Below, one piece after another: positions 10,725 through 20,695 of a stretch of DNA of 36,169 nucleotides. Numbering within the stretch: the first letter of the stretch is position 1; each line of letters opens with the position of its first letter. Under the pieces are notes generated by a model. That model saw only the letters and a program-made list of their open reading frames with translations. It was not told where the DNA came from and did not search any database. The stretch comes from Octopus bimaculoides (taxonomy: Eukaryota), in the NCBI RefSeq assembly GCF_001194135.2, contig NC_068996.1:49118601-49154769 (forward strand). The letters run 5' to 3'. A program made the position numbers and the translations under genes.

Positions 10725-10849
10725 CACAATATTATATAATATTTTATTATACATCTTTTGCAATGGATTTGGAATTATAGGACCTGGGATATTCAATAAA
10801 GAATATCCCAACACCACCAAAGGAAATCTATACAAGGTGGCTGCTGCTG
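10725..10849 (-). CDS. Candidate internal coding exon of an unidentified host gene (125 nt, phase 1 to phase 0)
   Basis: Branch-like CCCTAAT (A at 10878), acceptor ATTATTTTCTCCAG and donor GTG|GTGAGT. Only one frame is open: xAAATLYRFPLVVLGYSLLNIPGPIIPNPLQKMYNKILYNIV. The sequence is non-repetitive. Confidence 0.6.
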
Positions 10850-10861
10850 CTGGAGAAAATA

Positions 10862-11098
10862 ATGATTATTCAGAGAATTAGGGTTGAATTATTTGCCACT
10901 TGTTTTGTTGTGTGTGTTCCTGCATGTGTGTGTGTGTGTGTGTGAGTGTGTGTATGTGTGTGCGTGTGTGTGTGTGTGTGAGTTTGGGGTATATTATCAA
11001 AGTATTTTTCCATTTATCCTTTTTTCTATTGAGGAGATGTGATCAGTAGTTCTGACCAGCTGTGTGTTTGTGTATGTGTTTGTGTATGTGTTTGTGTA

Positions 11099-11139
<41 letters not shown>

Positions 11140-11612
11140 TGTGCGCGTGTGTGTCTGTGTATGCATGTTTATGTGTGTGTGTGTGCAGTGCATGTTTGTG
11201 TGTGTGTGTGCATGTGTGTGCTTGTGTGTTGGGATATAATGTCAAAGTATTTTTCCATTTATCCTTTTTTCTATTGAGATGTAGCCAGTAGTTCTGACCA
11301 GCTGTGTGTGTGTGTGTGTGTCTGTGTTGTTTTGTCTGTGTGTGTTGTTTTGTCTGTGTAGGTGTACACAGACATACAGACACAGAGGTACATGTGGTCA
11401 GAATTACAGACCACATCTCTTCAATAGAAAAAAAGATAAAAATTCTTTGACAATATACCCCAAACACACACATATACACATACAGCAAAACAAATGACAA
11501 ATAATTCCACCTTAATTCTCTGAATAACCATCCTTAAAAAACATTCAACCATTTTCTCTCAATAGAAAAAGAAAAAGAAAAATGTCTTTGACAATAAATT
11601 CCAAACACAAAC
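10862..11612. repeat. Composite foldback of unique units and TG/CA microsatellites
   Basis: 10862-10910 matches the reverse complement of 11483-11531 at 43/49. An approximately 75-bp unit is forward at 10983 and 11229 and inverted at 11395 and about 11557. A perfect 10-bp hairpin at 11351-11374 marks the centre. Confidence 0.85.
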
Positions 11613-12355
11613 AAACAGATGGCTAAACCATGAATAAGGAGCTTTCCCATTCAATTCAAAAGACTTCCTGAGACTTGAACTCAGACCTACATAGACAAAA
11701 CGTTCATAAGAGACTGACTAAAACAAAATTTCATTAAGAACTAAAATTTGGGTACAAACTGTCAAACCCCACAAAAAAATATTGTTTCTCTCTGACTTCC
11801 CACCCCGACCCACCCACCCAAAATTCTTGCTAATATTTGATAAGACTGACACATGAAAACNNNNNNNNNNNNNNNNNNNNNNNNNNNNNNNNNNNNNNNN
11901 NNNNNNNNNNNNNNNNNNNNNNNNNNNNNNNNNNNNNNNNNNNNNNNNNNNNNNNNNNNNNNNNNNNNNNNNNNNNNNNNNNNNNNNNNNNNNNNNNNNN
12001 NNNNNNNNNNNNNNNNNNNNNNNNNNNNNNNNNNNNNNNNNNNNNNNNNNNNNNNNNNNNNNNNNNNNNNNNNNNNNNNNNNNNNNNNNNNNNNNNNNNN
12101 NNNNNNNNNNNNNNNNNNNNNNNNNNNNNNNNNNNNNNNNNNNNNNNNNNNNNNNNNNNNNNNNNNNNNNNNNNNNNNNNNNNNNNNNNNNNNNNNNNNN
12201 NNNNNNNNNNNNNNNNNNNNNNNNNNNNNNNNNNNNNNNNNNNNNNNNNNNNNNNNNNNNNNNNNNNNNNNNNNNNNNNNNNNNNNNNNNNNNNNNNNNN
12301 NNNNNNNNNNATAAAGAATAAACGGAGCAAAACGCATATAATAAATAAGTTCCTT

Positions 12356-12447
12356 TAATTCTGACACATGTTTCGAAAATTACATGCACTCTATTCCAAA
12401 GGAATAAAAGATATTATTATACATGTAATTTTCTCTTCAGGGAACCA
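12356..12447 (-). ncRNA. Type I hammerhead ribozyme-like motif with canonical core, in a Penelope-type terminal fragment starting at 12311 or earlier
   Basis: Minus strand: CTGAAGA (12440-12434), 12-bp perfect stem II closed by G-C, GAAA (12374-12371), ACATGTGT stem III, GTC triplet. Stem I is 6 bp (two G-U) after an A-C mismatch. Confidence 0.7.
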
Positions 12448-12870
12448 TTCTTTGAATGCAAGATTTGTACTGAATGTGAAAATTACGTATTTGGAAGAAC
12501 ACTACACAGCTAAGTTTAAAGAGGCCATTAGATGGATACCACTTTAAGGAAGGTATATAATTAAGAAATATTAAAAATAAAGCTGTTTTATTTTTCAACT
12601 ACTGGTGGGGCATACATTTTACTGGGGAGTTATAGTGATTCCTGGGGGAAATAGGTTGGAAAACAATGGATTACATAGAAATAAAATGCAATGAGTTCAC
12701 TTGAAGTGTTGTTGATCAAAGATCAACTAAGCCTCACCTACAACAGGAGACGGTCCTCTATGTTGATGATCGGGTTATCTCATATCATGTTTTGGAAAAG
12801 AGGATAAGTTAACTTTAGATTTATCATGACTGGAATAAAAGACGAGTTGATCACGGTTGGAACGCCCTTG

Positions 12871-12911
<41 letters not shown>

Positions 12912-13344
12912 NNNNNNNNNNNNNNNNNNNNNNNNNNNNNNNNNNNNNNNNNNNNNNNNNNNNNNNNNNNNNNNNNNNNNNNNNNNNNNNNNNNNNNNNN
13001 NNNNNNNNNNNNNNNNNNNNNNNNNNNNNNNNNNNNNNNNNNNNNNNNNNNNNNNNNNNNNNNNNNNNNNNNNNNNNNNNNNNNNNNNNNNNNNNNNNNN
13101 NNNNNNNNNNNNNNNNNNNNNNNNNNNNNNNNNNNNNNNNNNNNNNNNNNNNNNNNNNNNNNNNNNNNNNNNNNNNNNNNNNNNNNNNNNNNNNNNNNNN
13201 NNNNNNNNNNNNNNNNNNNNNNNNNNNNNNNNNNNNNNNNNNNNNNNNNNNNNNNNNNNNNNNNNNNNNNNNNNNNNNNNNNNNNNNNNNNNNNNNNNNN
13301 NNNNNNNNNNNNNNNNNNNNNNNNNNNNNNNNNNNNNNNNNNNN

Positions 13345-13385
<41 letters not shown>

Positions 13386-13394
13386 TACACATAT

Positions 13395-13605
13395 ATAAAG
13401 AAGGATTTGCCATGTTGGACCACTGAACTCAATGCGCTTTTTTCATTCTCTCTCCATTTATTTCCTCTTATTCCTTTCTGTTGAAGAGCGTAGGCTCGAA
13501 ACATAAAAGACTTTTCCATTTTCCCCAAGTGTCAAACTAATACACCTGCTTGTTGTTCCTACACCTGTCTTCCTCTTTTGTTTATCTATAAATTTGAACT
13601 ATATC
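13395..13605 (+). mobile_element. Probable Penelope-type terminal repeat with minimal hammerhead variant at 13474-13509
   Basis: CTTT-CTGTTGA-A-GAGC(GTAG)GCTC-GAAA-CATA-AAAG. A6 is replaced by T. Element boundaries are approximate. Confidence 0.5.
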
Positions 13606-13780
13606 TATAAGGGTATTATTATTATTAATAATGAACAATAATATTAGTGGCAATCCAAAGCATGAACCTAACAGGCAAGTTTAAAAACATTATGGTACTA
13701 GAAAGTATCAGCTTTGCTAGAAATGGGAGTCAGATGAACTCTGAAGCCACATAAAGCACACTGATATATATATATATATA

Positions 13781-13960
13781 TCCACTTTCCATGAGTTGGA
13801 TGGTTTGACTGAGGACTGGTGAGCCAGGTGGTTGCACCAGGCTCCAGTCTGGTCTGACAAGGTTTCTACAGCTGGATGCCCTTCCTAACACCAATCACTC
13901 CAAGAGTGTAACAAGTGCTTTTTACATGCCACCGGCATGGGAGCCAGTCAGGCGGCACTG
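13781..13960 (-). mobile_element. Family C retroposon 3' region
   Basis: TTTCTACAGCTGGATGCCCTTCCTAAC...GTGCTTTTTACATGCCACCGG is the reverse complement of the core at 14590-14740. Confidence 0.85.
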
Positions 13961-14465
13961 AGGGAGTGGAACAAGTACAGTTCAGGCTACATATGTTTCC
14001 TATCTAGCAGATCCTTTTATGTAATAATTACTCAATGAGGGGTACTCAGCTAGCTACACATTAGGCCAAAGGTACCTTAACCACATGAAAGTTACATTGC
14101 CATTAAGGAATCCCAAGATTTTTATTCACATTCATAGCAACCCAGGTTGCTAACCATGAGCTATACAAAAGATTTTTTTATCAGCTTTTCAAACTTTGAT
14201 ATGGGAAAAGCCTACAATCATCAATGTCAACAAATCATTATTGTGCCTGAACATTGTTATTTATATCTACCATGAACTACTTGAAGCTTACAAGTTTCCT
14301 ACAGTTAGATTTACACACATACACACACACACACACATACACACATGAATTTAAGTCACAACATATGGATGCAAGTAATCTCGTAGTACTCATAAAAAAG
14401 TTCCTTAATATATCATTGTACACAGCTCAAATTCTACATTATTTTGAACAAACAATTTTGCATTA

Positions 14466-14771
14466 ATGCCGAGCGAGGTCGTTGCCAGTGCTGCTGGACT
14501 GGCTCCCATGCAGGTGGCACATAAAAAACACCTTTTTGAGTGTGGCCGTTGCCGTTACCCCTAGACTGGCCCTCGTGCCAGTGGCACATAAAAGCACCCA
14601 CTACACTCTCGGAGTGGTTGGCGTTAGGAAGGGCATCCAGCTGTAGAAAATTTGCCAGATCAGATTGGAGCCTGGTGCAGCCTTCTGGCTTGCCAGTCCT
14701 CAGTCAAATCGTCCAACCCATGCTAGCATGGAAAGCGGACGTTAAACGATGATGATGATGATGATGATGAT
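14466..14771 (+). mobile_element. Family C retroposon (SINE or LINE 3' end) with (GAT)n tail
   Basis: Two GTGCCAGTGGCACRTAAAA subunits, GAGTGGTTGGCGTTAGGAAGGGCATCCAGCTGTAG, palindrome CCATGCTAGCATGG, then GGACGTTAAAC(GAT)n. Confidence 0.9.
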
Positions 14772-14835
14772 GAATATAAGTTATTTGCATGTTTTAGAGT
14801 TATGAAACAAATTTGTCTTGATAGGATTTTTCTTA

Positions 14836-15600
14836 CTAGCAGGATCCGTGAATATTTCACAGAATTAATAGTGAAGCTATTGNNNNNNNNNNNNNNNNNN
14901 NNNNNNNNNNNNNNNNNNNNNNNNNNNNNNNNNNNNNNNNNNNNNNNNNNNNNNNNNNNNNNNNNNNNNNNNNNNNNNNNNNNNNNNNNNNNNNNNNNNN
15001 NNNNNNNNNNNNNNNNNNNNNNNNNNNNNNNNNNNNNNNNNNNNNNNNNNNNNNNNNNNNNNNNNNNNNNNNNNNNNNNNNNNNNNNNNNNNNNNNNNNN
15101 NNNNNNNNNNNNNNNNNNNNNNNNNNNNNNNNNNNNNNNNNNNNNNNNNNNNNNNNNNNNNNNNNNNNNNNNNNNNNNNNNNNNNNNNNNNNNNNNNNNN
15201 NNNNNNNNNNNNNNNNNNNNNNNNNNNNNNNNNNNNNNNNNNNNNNNNNNNNNNNNNNNNNNNNNNNNNNNNNNNNNNNNNNNNNNNNNNNNNNNNNNNN
15301 NNNNNNNNNNNNNNNNNNNNNNNNNNNNNNNNNNNNNNNNNNNNNNNNNNNNNNNNNNNNNNNNNNNNNNNNNNNNNNNNNNNNNNNNNNNNNNNNNNNN
15401 NNNNNNNNNNNNNNNNNNNNNNNNNNNNNNNNNNNNNNNNNNNNNNNNNNNNNNNNNNNNNNNNNNNNNNNNNNAATACAGATTCAGGCAAGAACAGCCC
15501 CACTTTATCAAATGTCTCCCCTTGTGATTTACTGATAGTCATTGCATATGACAGGCGAACGGAAAATTGGTTCCTTTCTAAAATGACTGGCAAATTTGGG
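14836..15600 (-). mobile_element. 5'-truncated Helitron: PIF1-like helicase C-terminal fragment plus 3' terminus, spanning a gap
   Basis: 15477-15593 encodes RNQFSVRLSYAMTISKSQGETFDKVGLFLPE (PIF1 helicase motif). On the same strand, a hairpin at 14845-14863 is followed by CTAG|T at 14839-14835. Confidence 0.8.
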
Positions 15601-16177
15601 ATGTGTTAAGTGATAAGTGATATAAAAAACTTAGTTCAATTAAAAAAATTATTTTTCACTATGCACTCGCCATCACCACCTCCACCACCATCATCATCTC
15701 TCTCTCTCTCTTTCTCTGTCTGTCTCTCTCTCTCTCTCTCTGTTTTTCTTTAATCTCACCCTCAGAACATCACCCCTCTGCTAAAATTATATTCTTAACT
15801 CTCCTCTATATCACTACCTTCAACTAAATTTCCTAACCATGTAATAAATATTACATTCCTCCTACCACATGTCACAGACACTTCTCTCTCCTTCTTTTCT
15901 TTCTTACTCTTTCTGCTTCACACTTCACCTTATCCTCTTTTTCTTTCTCTCTCTCTCTTCTCTTGTTCTCTCTTTCCCTTCAACTAATCACATGAAAGCA
16001 GTACAATTGCATTCCTTCTACCTCACATCATGGACACTTCTCTATTTCTCTTTTCCATCTCTCTTTTTCTCTAATCATGTGAAAGTGTTACTGACAGGCT
16101 AAGTAACATAATGACAAGCAGAATTAATATAAAAGTTCATCAAAATATTTCACTGTCATTTATGACTTATATATATA

Positions 16178-16218
<41 letters not shown>

Positions 16219-16291
16219 ACGTGTGTGTGTGTGTGCACGTGTGTGTGTGTGCACGTGTGTGTGTGTGTGTGCATGTGTGTGCGTGTGTATA

Positions 16292-16331
<40 letters not shown>

Positions 16332-16335
16332 TATA

Positions 16336-16661
16336 CTTTATTTAAAAGCAGCAGAAATATAACAAAAGACTGTTACTCAGAGTTTCATGTTCCCGTTCAT
16401 CGGACAGTTTTGTCTCTAACAAAATTNNNNNNNNNNAAAAGCAGCAGAAATATAACAAAAGACTGTTACTCAGAGTTTCATGTTCCCGTTCATCGGACAG
16501 TTTTGTCTCTAACAAAATTGTCCGATGAACGGGAACGTGAAACTCTGAGTAACAGTCTTTTGTTATATTTCTGCTGCTTTTAAATAAAGCATATTACTCT
16601 ACCTTTGGTATTTGAGTACTCTTTTTTCCACCTTGTTGCGCATTTTATATGCTTACTCCGG

Positions 16662-16662
<1 letters not shown>
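16336..16662. ncRNA. Palindromic double hammerhead-like unit (Penelope-type inverted terminal repeat) between (TA)n tracts
   Basis: 78-bp arms match at 76/78 around a CTCTA loop once the artefactual duplicate is collapsed. Plus-strand motif 16517-16556: ATTGT-CCGATGA-ACG(GGAA)CGT-GAAA-CTCTGAG-TA-ACAGT. The mirror motif is on the minus strand at 16501-16462. Confidence 0.72.
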
Positions 16663-16700
<38 letters not shown>

Positions 16701-16889
16701 ATCAGACTACAATGAGACCTATTTTTCCTTTTTCTTTTTTTTTTCCTATGTTGTAGGATGTGAACTTTGAGGGAGATTCAGTTGCTATCTTTAACACTCC
16801 AAATGCCTCTTCATTGGCTAAGGGAGGCCACTTTGATAATGTTGTGGCCTCATCACCACTCATGCATAACTGAGTAACTTTATAATCAA

Positions 16890-17391
16890 GGCGTGACACT
16901 GTGGTAAGAAGTTTGCTTCCCAATCACAGGGTTCCAGGTTCAGTCCCACTGTGTGGCACCTTAGCAAATGTCTTTTACAATAAATAGCCTCAGATTAACA
17001 AAAGTCTTGTAAGTGGATTTGGTCAGTGGAAACTAAAAAGAAGCCTGCCTTATATTTTGTTTTATCTGCTTTAATAAACATGTTTATTGATGTTTTGAAA
17101 GGTTCAATGTATGTCTGTCTGTGTGTTTGAACTTGTTGGTTTTTTTGGTTATATGTATGTATTCATATCTCTGTGTTGGTCTTTGTATCTTTGTTTGTCT
17201 TCCAGCACTGCTTGACAACTGGTGTTGGTTTGTTTATGTCCCTATAAATTAGCAATTAAGCAATAGAGACTGATAGAATCAGTACCAGGATTAAAACAAG
17301 TATTGGGGCTAATTAGTTTCACTAAAAACCCTTTAAGGCAGTGCCCCAGCATGGTCACAGTCTAATGATCAGAACAAGGAGAAGATAAAAG
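16890..17391 (+). mobile_element. Diverged tRNA-derived SINE (A + long spacer + B)
   Basis: B box GGTTCAGTCCC, GTAAGTGGATTTGG body, and tail GCAGTGCCCCAGCATGGTCACAGTC. Confidence 0.8.
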
Positions 17392-17470
17392 TAGCTTTTT
17401 ACATTTTCTTTTTCGGACATATGTGTAACTAAGACTCCATTGTCCAATGTGTCCTTTGTTAATTTGTTCG

Positions 17471-17681
17471 TTTTCTTTTTGTCTTTATCTTTCTACTTGA
17501 TTCAGTCCTTGGACTCTAGCCATGCTAGAGCACTGCCTCAGAAGGTTTTTCAGAGGAACAAATCACCTTTGGCACTTATTTTCCTATTTAAATCCTTGTA
17601 GAAAAATACATATGAGACAGAGAAATAATCAAACCTACATTGGTTGTCAAGTGATGGGAGGTCAGACACACAGACACACAC
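17471..17681 (-). mobile_element. Diverged SINE module B
   Basis: TTCAGTC...GCCATGCTAGAGCACTGCC...GGTTGTCAAGTGATG. Confidence 0.65.
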
Positions 17682-17685
17682 AAAT

Positions 17686-17849
17686 TAGCATAGCTAGAGT
17701 GTGTGCTGCCAGGAGTGACCCTTCCGTTTGCTGCCCTTGGACCCCACAAAAAAACACATTTTGCCTACAGCAGATTCAAAAGCGGTGCTCCTTTAAAAAT
17801 TCCACCCAAGGCAGACTGCCCCTACCACCTTCACCCTCCAGCTGCACTA
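17686..17849. mobile_element. Possible small degenerate MITE
   Basis: TAGCATAGCTAGAG and CTCCAGCTGCACTA match as inverted termini at 10/14, all mismatches transitions. The interior is GC-rich. No TSD is resolvable in the CA flanks. Confidence 0.3.
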
Positions 17850-17880
17850 GTGCACACACACACACATACATTTTTGTATA

Positions 17881-18102
17881 TTCTTTATTCTTTTACTTGT
17901 TTCAGTCATTTGACTGTGGTCATGCTGGAGCACTGCCTTAAAGGGGGTTTTGGTTGAAGAAATCAACCCCTTGACTTACTTTTTTAGCTTAGTACTTATT
18001 CTATCTGTCTCTTTTTTGCAGAACTGCTAAGCTACAGGGATGTAAACACACCAACACCGGTTGCCAAGCAGTGATGGTGGGGGACAAAGACAGACACAAA
18101 GA

Positions 18103-18150
<48 letters not shown>
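17881..18150 (-). mobile_element. SINE module B plus (CA)n
   Basis: TTTTACTTGTTTCAGTCATTTGACTGTGGTCATGCTGGAGCAC...GTAAACACACCAACACCGGTTG. Confidence 0.85.
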
Positions 18151-18154
<4 letters not shown>

Positions 18155-18457
18155 TAAATATACGAAATTAACTGCGTAAAAATCAATACGAAGAGTACTC
18201 CATATAATGAGAGTTTCATAGTACTAAATGTTTCAACTACCAATTGCCTGATGAACATAAGCATGTACAGGAAGCTATTAGTAGCACAATAAGTACATGT
18301 AGTCAAAACGTTTAGTTATATGTATATATANNNNNNNNNNNNNNNNNNNNNNNNNNNNNNNNNNNNNNNNNNNNNNNNNNNNNNNNNNNNNNNNNNNNNN
18401 NNNNNNNNNNNNNNNNNNNNNNNNNNNNNNNNNNNNNNNNNNNNNNNNNNNNNNNNN

Positions 18458-18909
18458 TGGCACCCGTGCCAGTGGAACGCTTACAGCACCATCCGAGCAA
18501 GAGCATTGCAGAGCAACGGTCTCACTTCCGTGCTAGCGGCATGTAAAAAGCACCATTTGAGCACGATTGTTTCCAGCTTCGCCTTACTGGCACTTGTGCC
18601 AGTGGCATGTGAACAAAACATTGGACTGTGCAGGTGGCACATAAAATGACATCATTTGAGCGTAGCTGTTGCCAGTACCACTGGACTTGCCCTCATGCCG
18701 GTGGCACGTAAAAAGCACCCACTAAATTCTCAGAGTGGTTGGCATTAGGAAGGGTATCCAGCTGTAGAAACTCTGCCAGATCAGATTGGAGTCTGGTGTA
18801 GCCATCTGGTTCGCCAATCCCCAGTCAAATCATCCAACCCATGCTAGCATGGAAAGCGGACATTAAATGACAACGATGATGATGATGATGATGATGATGG
18901 TGATGATGA
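18458..18909 (+). mobile_element. Family C retroposon with several upstream hairpin subunits and (GAT)n tail
   Basis: Repeated TGGCAC-N-GTGCCAGTGGCA...AAAAAGCACC subunits, then the family core and CCATGCTAGCATGG. Confidence 0.88.
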
Positions 18910-18948
18910 CGGGCTTCTTTCAGTTTCCATCTACCAAATCCAGTCACA
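18908..18948 (-). mobile_element. SINE module A fragment
   Basis: GACGGGCTTCTTTCAGTTTCCATCTACCAAATCC abuts the family C tail. Confidence 0.7.
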
Positions 18949-19160
18949 CATGCACCTATATATTATTCTTAAACAAGAATTTTATTGACAGTGACTTCAA
19001 AGTTTCAGCCAGTTAAGGTATTGTCAGATTGTGATGCATTGAAGTTAATCTTGGCTTCATACAGTCTCCATTAAGTTAAAATCCTGTATGGAATTGAGCA
19101 GAATGGTAATTAGGTTTACTGTTCTACTCAAATCCAGGTCTTAGGGTGGGTTGTTATGCA

Positions 19161-19322
19161 CGATAGGCTTCTTTCAGTTTCCATCTAACAAATCAATCCA
19201 CTCACAAGGCTTTGATTGGCCCAAGGCTATAACAGAAGACACTTGCCCAAGGTGTCACGCAGTGGGACTGAACCCAAAACAATGTGGTTGGTAAGCAAAC
19301 CTTTTACCACAGCCATGCCTGC
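19161..19322 (-). mobile_element. SINE head module A alone
   Basis: Matches 30841-31003 in reverse, including B box (GGGACTGAACC) and A-box region. Confidence 0.85.
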
Positions 19323-19389
19323 TTTTAATTTTTTTTTTTCATATAGTGAGAAAATAATTTAAGGGAGATTTAGCTTCTATTTCTAGCTA

Positions 19390-19580
19390 TGTGTGTGTGA
19401 GGTGTAAGTATGTCTAGTGTAAGTGTGTGGTGTGTGTGTGTGAGTGGTGTGTGTGTGGTGTGTGTATGTGGTGTGTGCATTTGTGTGCGTGGTGTGAGTG
19501 TGTGTGGTATGTATGTGATCTGTGTGTGTTTGTGTGTGTGTGAGTGTGTTGTCTGTATGTGTGGTGTGAGAGAGAGAGAG

Positions 19581-19651
<71 letters not shown>

Positions 19652-19700
19652 AAGTGTGTGTAAGTGTGTGTAAGTGTGTGCATGCGTGCGCACGTGTGTG
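19390..19700. repeat. Compound (TG)n/(AG)n microsatellite
   Basis: Seen directly in the sequence. Confidence 0.95.
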
Positions 19701-20144
19701 TTTGTTGATCCTGATATTAATAGGGCTGGGTTGAAATGTCTCAATACAAATCCTTCAATTAAGTCAGTATCACCGACGAAAATTAATTAATCTGATTGAA
19801 AAACAAAATTAAGACACTAATTGCTTTGTAAGTGCTTTCAAAATAAATCAACAAAATTAATTGGATATCGAATCCAAAACAAGAAATAACAATTATTATT
19901 TATGTAGTATCTTCTAGTTTAATACATTGTTACATGTGGCTATTGTCTATTTAGCTAAATGTCACTCCTAATTGAGTAGACATACAATTAAAGCCATTCC
20001 ATACACGACAATCCCACCATCTTTGTTTTTTCATGAATGGTGTGCATAGGAGTACATTTTTCAATGTGTTCTTTGTTTTTTCAAGATAGCTGTGTTTTTG
20101 ATTTGAGGAGAGGAACCCCCCACCACCACCACCACCACCATACA

Positions 20145-20625
20145 CCCAGCATTAAGTTTACATGTCAAAGGTAATGCTTATATTTATTCTCAATATTTTG
20201 AATTAATCACAAATTATCTTGTAGCATTAAGATTGCAATGATGTGATCATTTATTTTTATTTTGTAGGCTAGGTGTAAAAGGCCAGATCCAGCCAGTTTT
20301 AACATCAAACACGCAGAATATTTAGGTTGGATATGACTGATTTGAGTGCTAAAGAGTTAAAGTGTGCATTAGATGTGTACAGTCTTGAAATAAACCATGA
20401 CGCTATTATTTTTGTATTATCTCTTTATCCTCAAGTTAATCTTACAAATGTAATGCTTATTTATCCACAACATTATGGAATTAATCCTGCTTTATCTCAT
20501 AGCTTTGAGATTTTGATGATGAGGTTGTGTAGGGTAGGTGTAAAAGGTCTGATCTGTTCAGTTTAAACATAACACAGGTAGAATATGCAGGCTTGATATG
20601 GCTGGTTTAAATGCTAAAGGGTTAA
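20145..20625. mobile_element. Two tandem diverged copies of a small piggyBac-like MITE (about 20145-20360 and 20445-20625)
   Basis: The copies align with each other (GTAATGCTTAT...GAATTAATC...TAGGTGTAAAAGG) and end TGCTAAAGRG|TTAA. A CCCTT-type TIR with TTAA is piggyBac-like. Left ends are degraded. Confidence 0.5.
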
Positions 20626-20695
20626 GGTGCTATTTCTATCAGGTCAAACAACCACAAAAAAACCTACCTCATTGGTTCATAAATGCATGTAATTT

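Noticed and set aside
16344-16519. Exact 83-bp tandem duplicate (16344-16426 = 16437-16519), suggesting a third hammerhead copy
   Set aside because: The copies are identical and separated by a 10-N gap, which is the typical unmerged contig overlap caused by a palindrome. Treated as an assembly artefact.
18248-18280. CTGATGA followed by a 4-bp hairpin (hammerhead-like start)
   Set aside because: No GAAA follows the stem, and no stem I or III can be formed.
19951-20145. Minus-strand ORF with a GTATGT donor-like site
   Set aside because: The acceptor lacks a pyrimidine tract and the peptide is unrecognisable.
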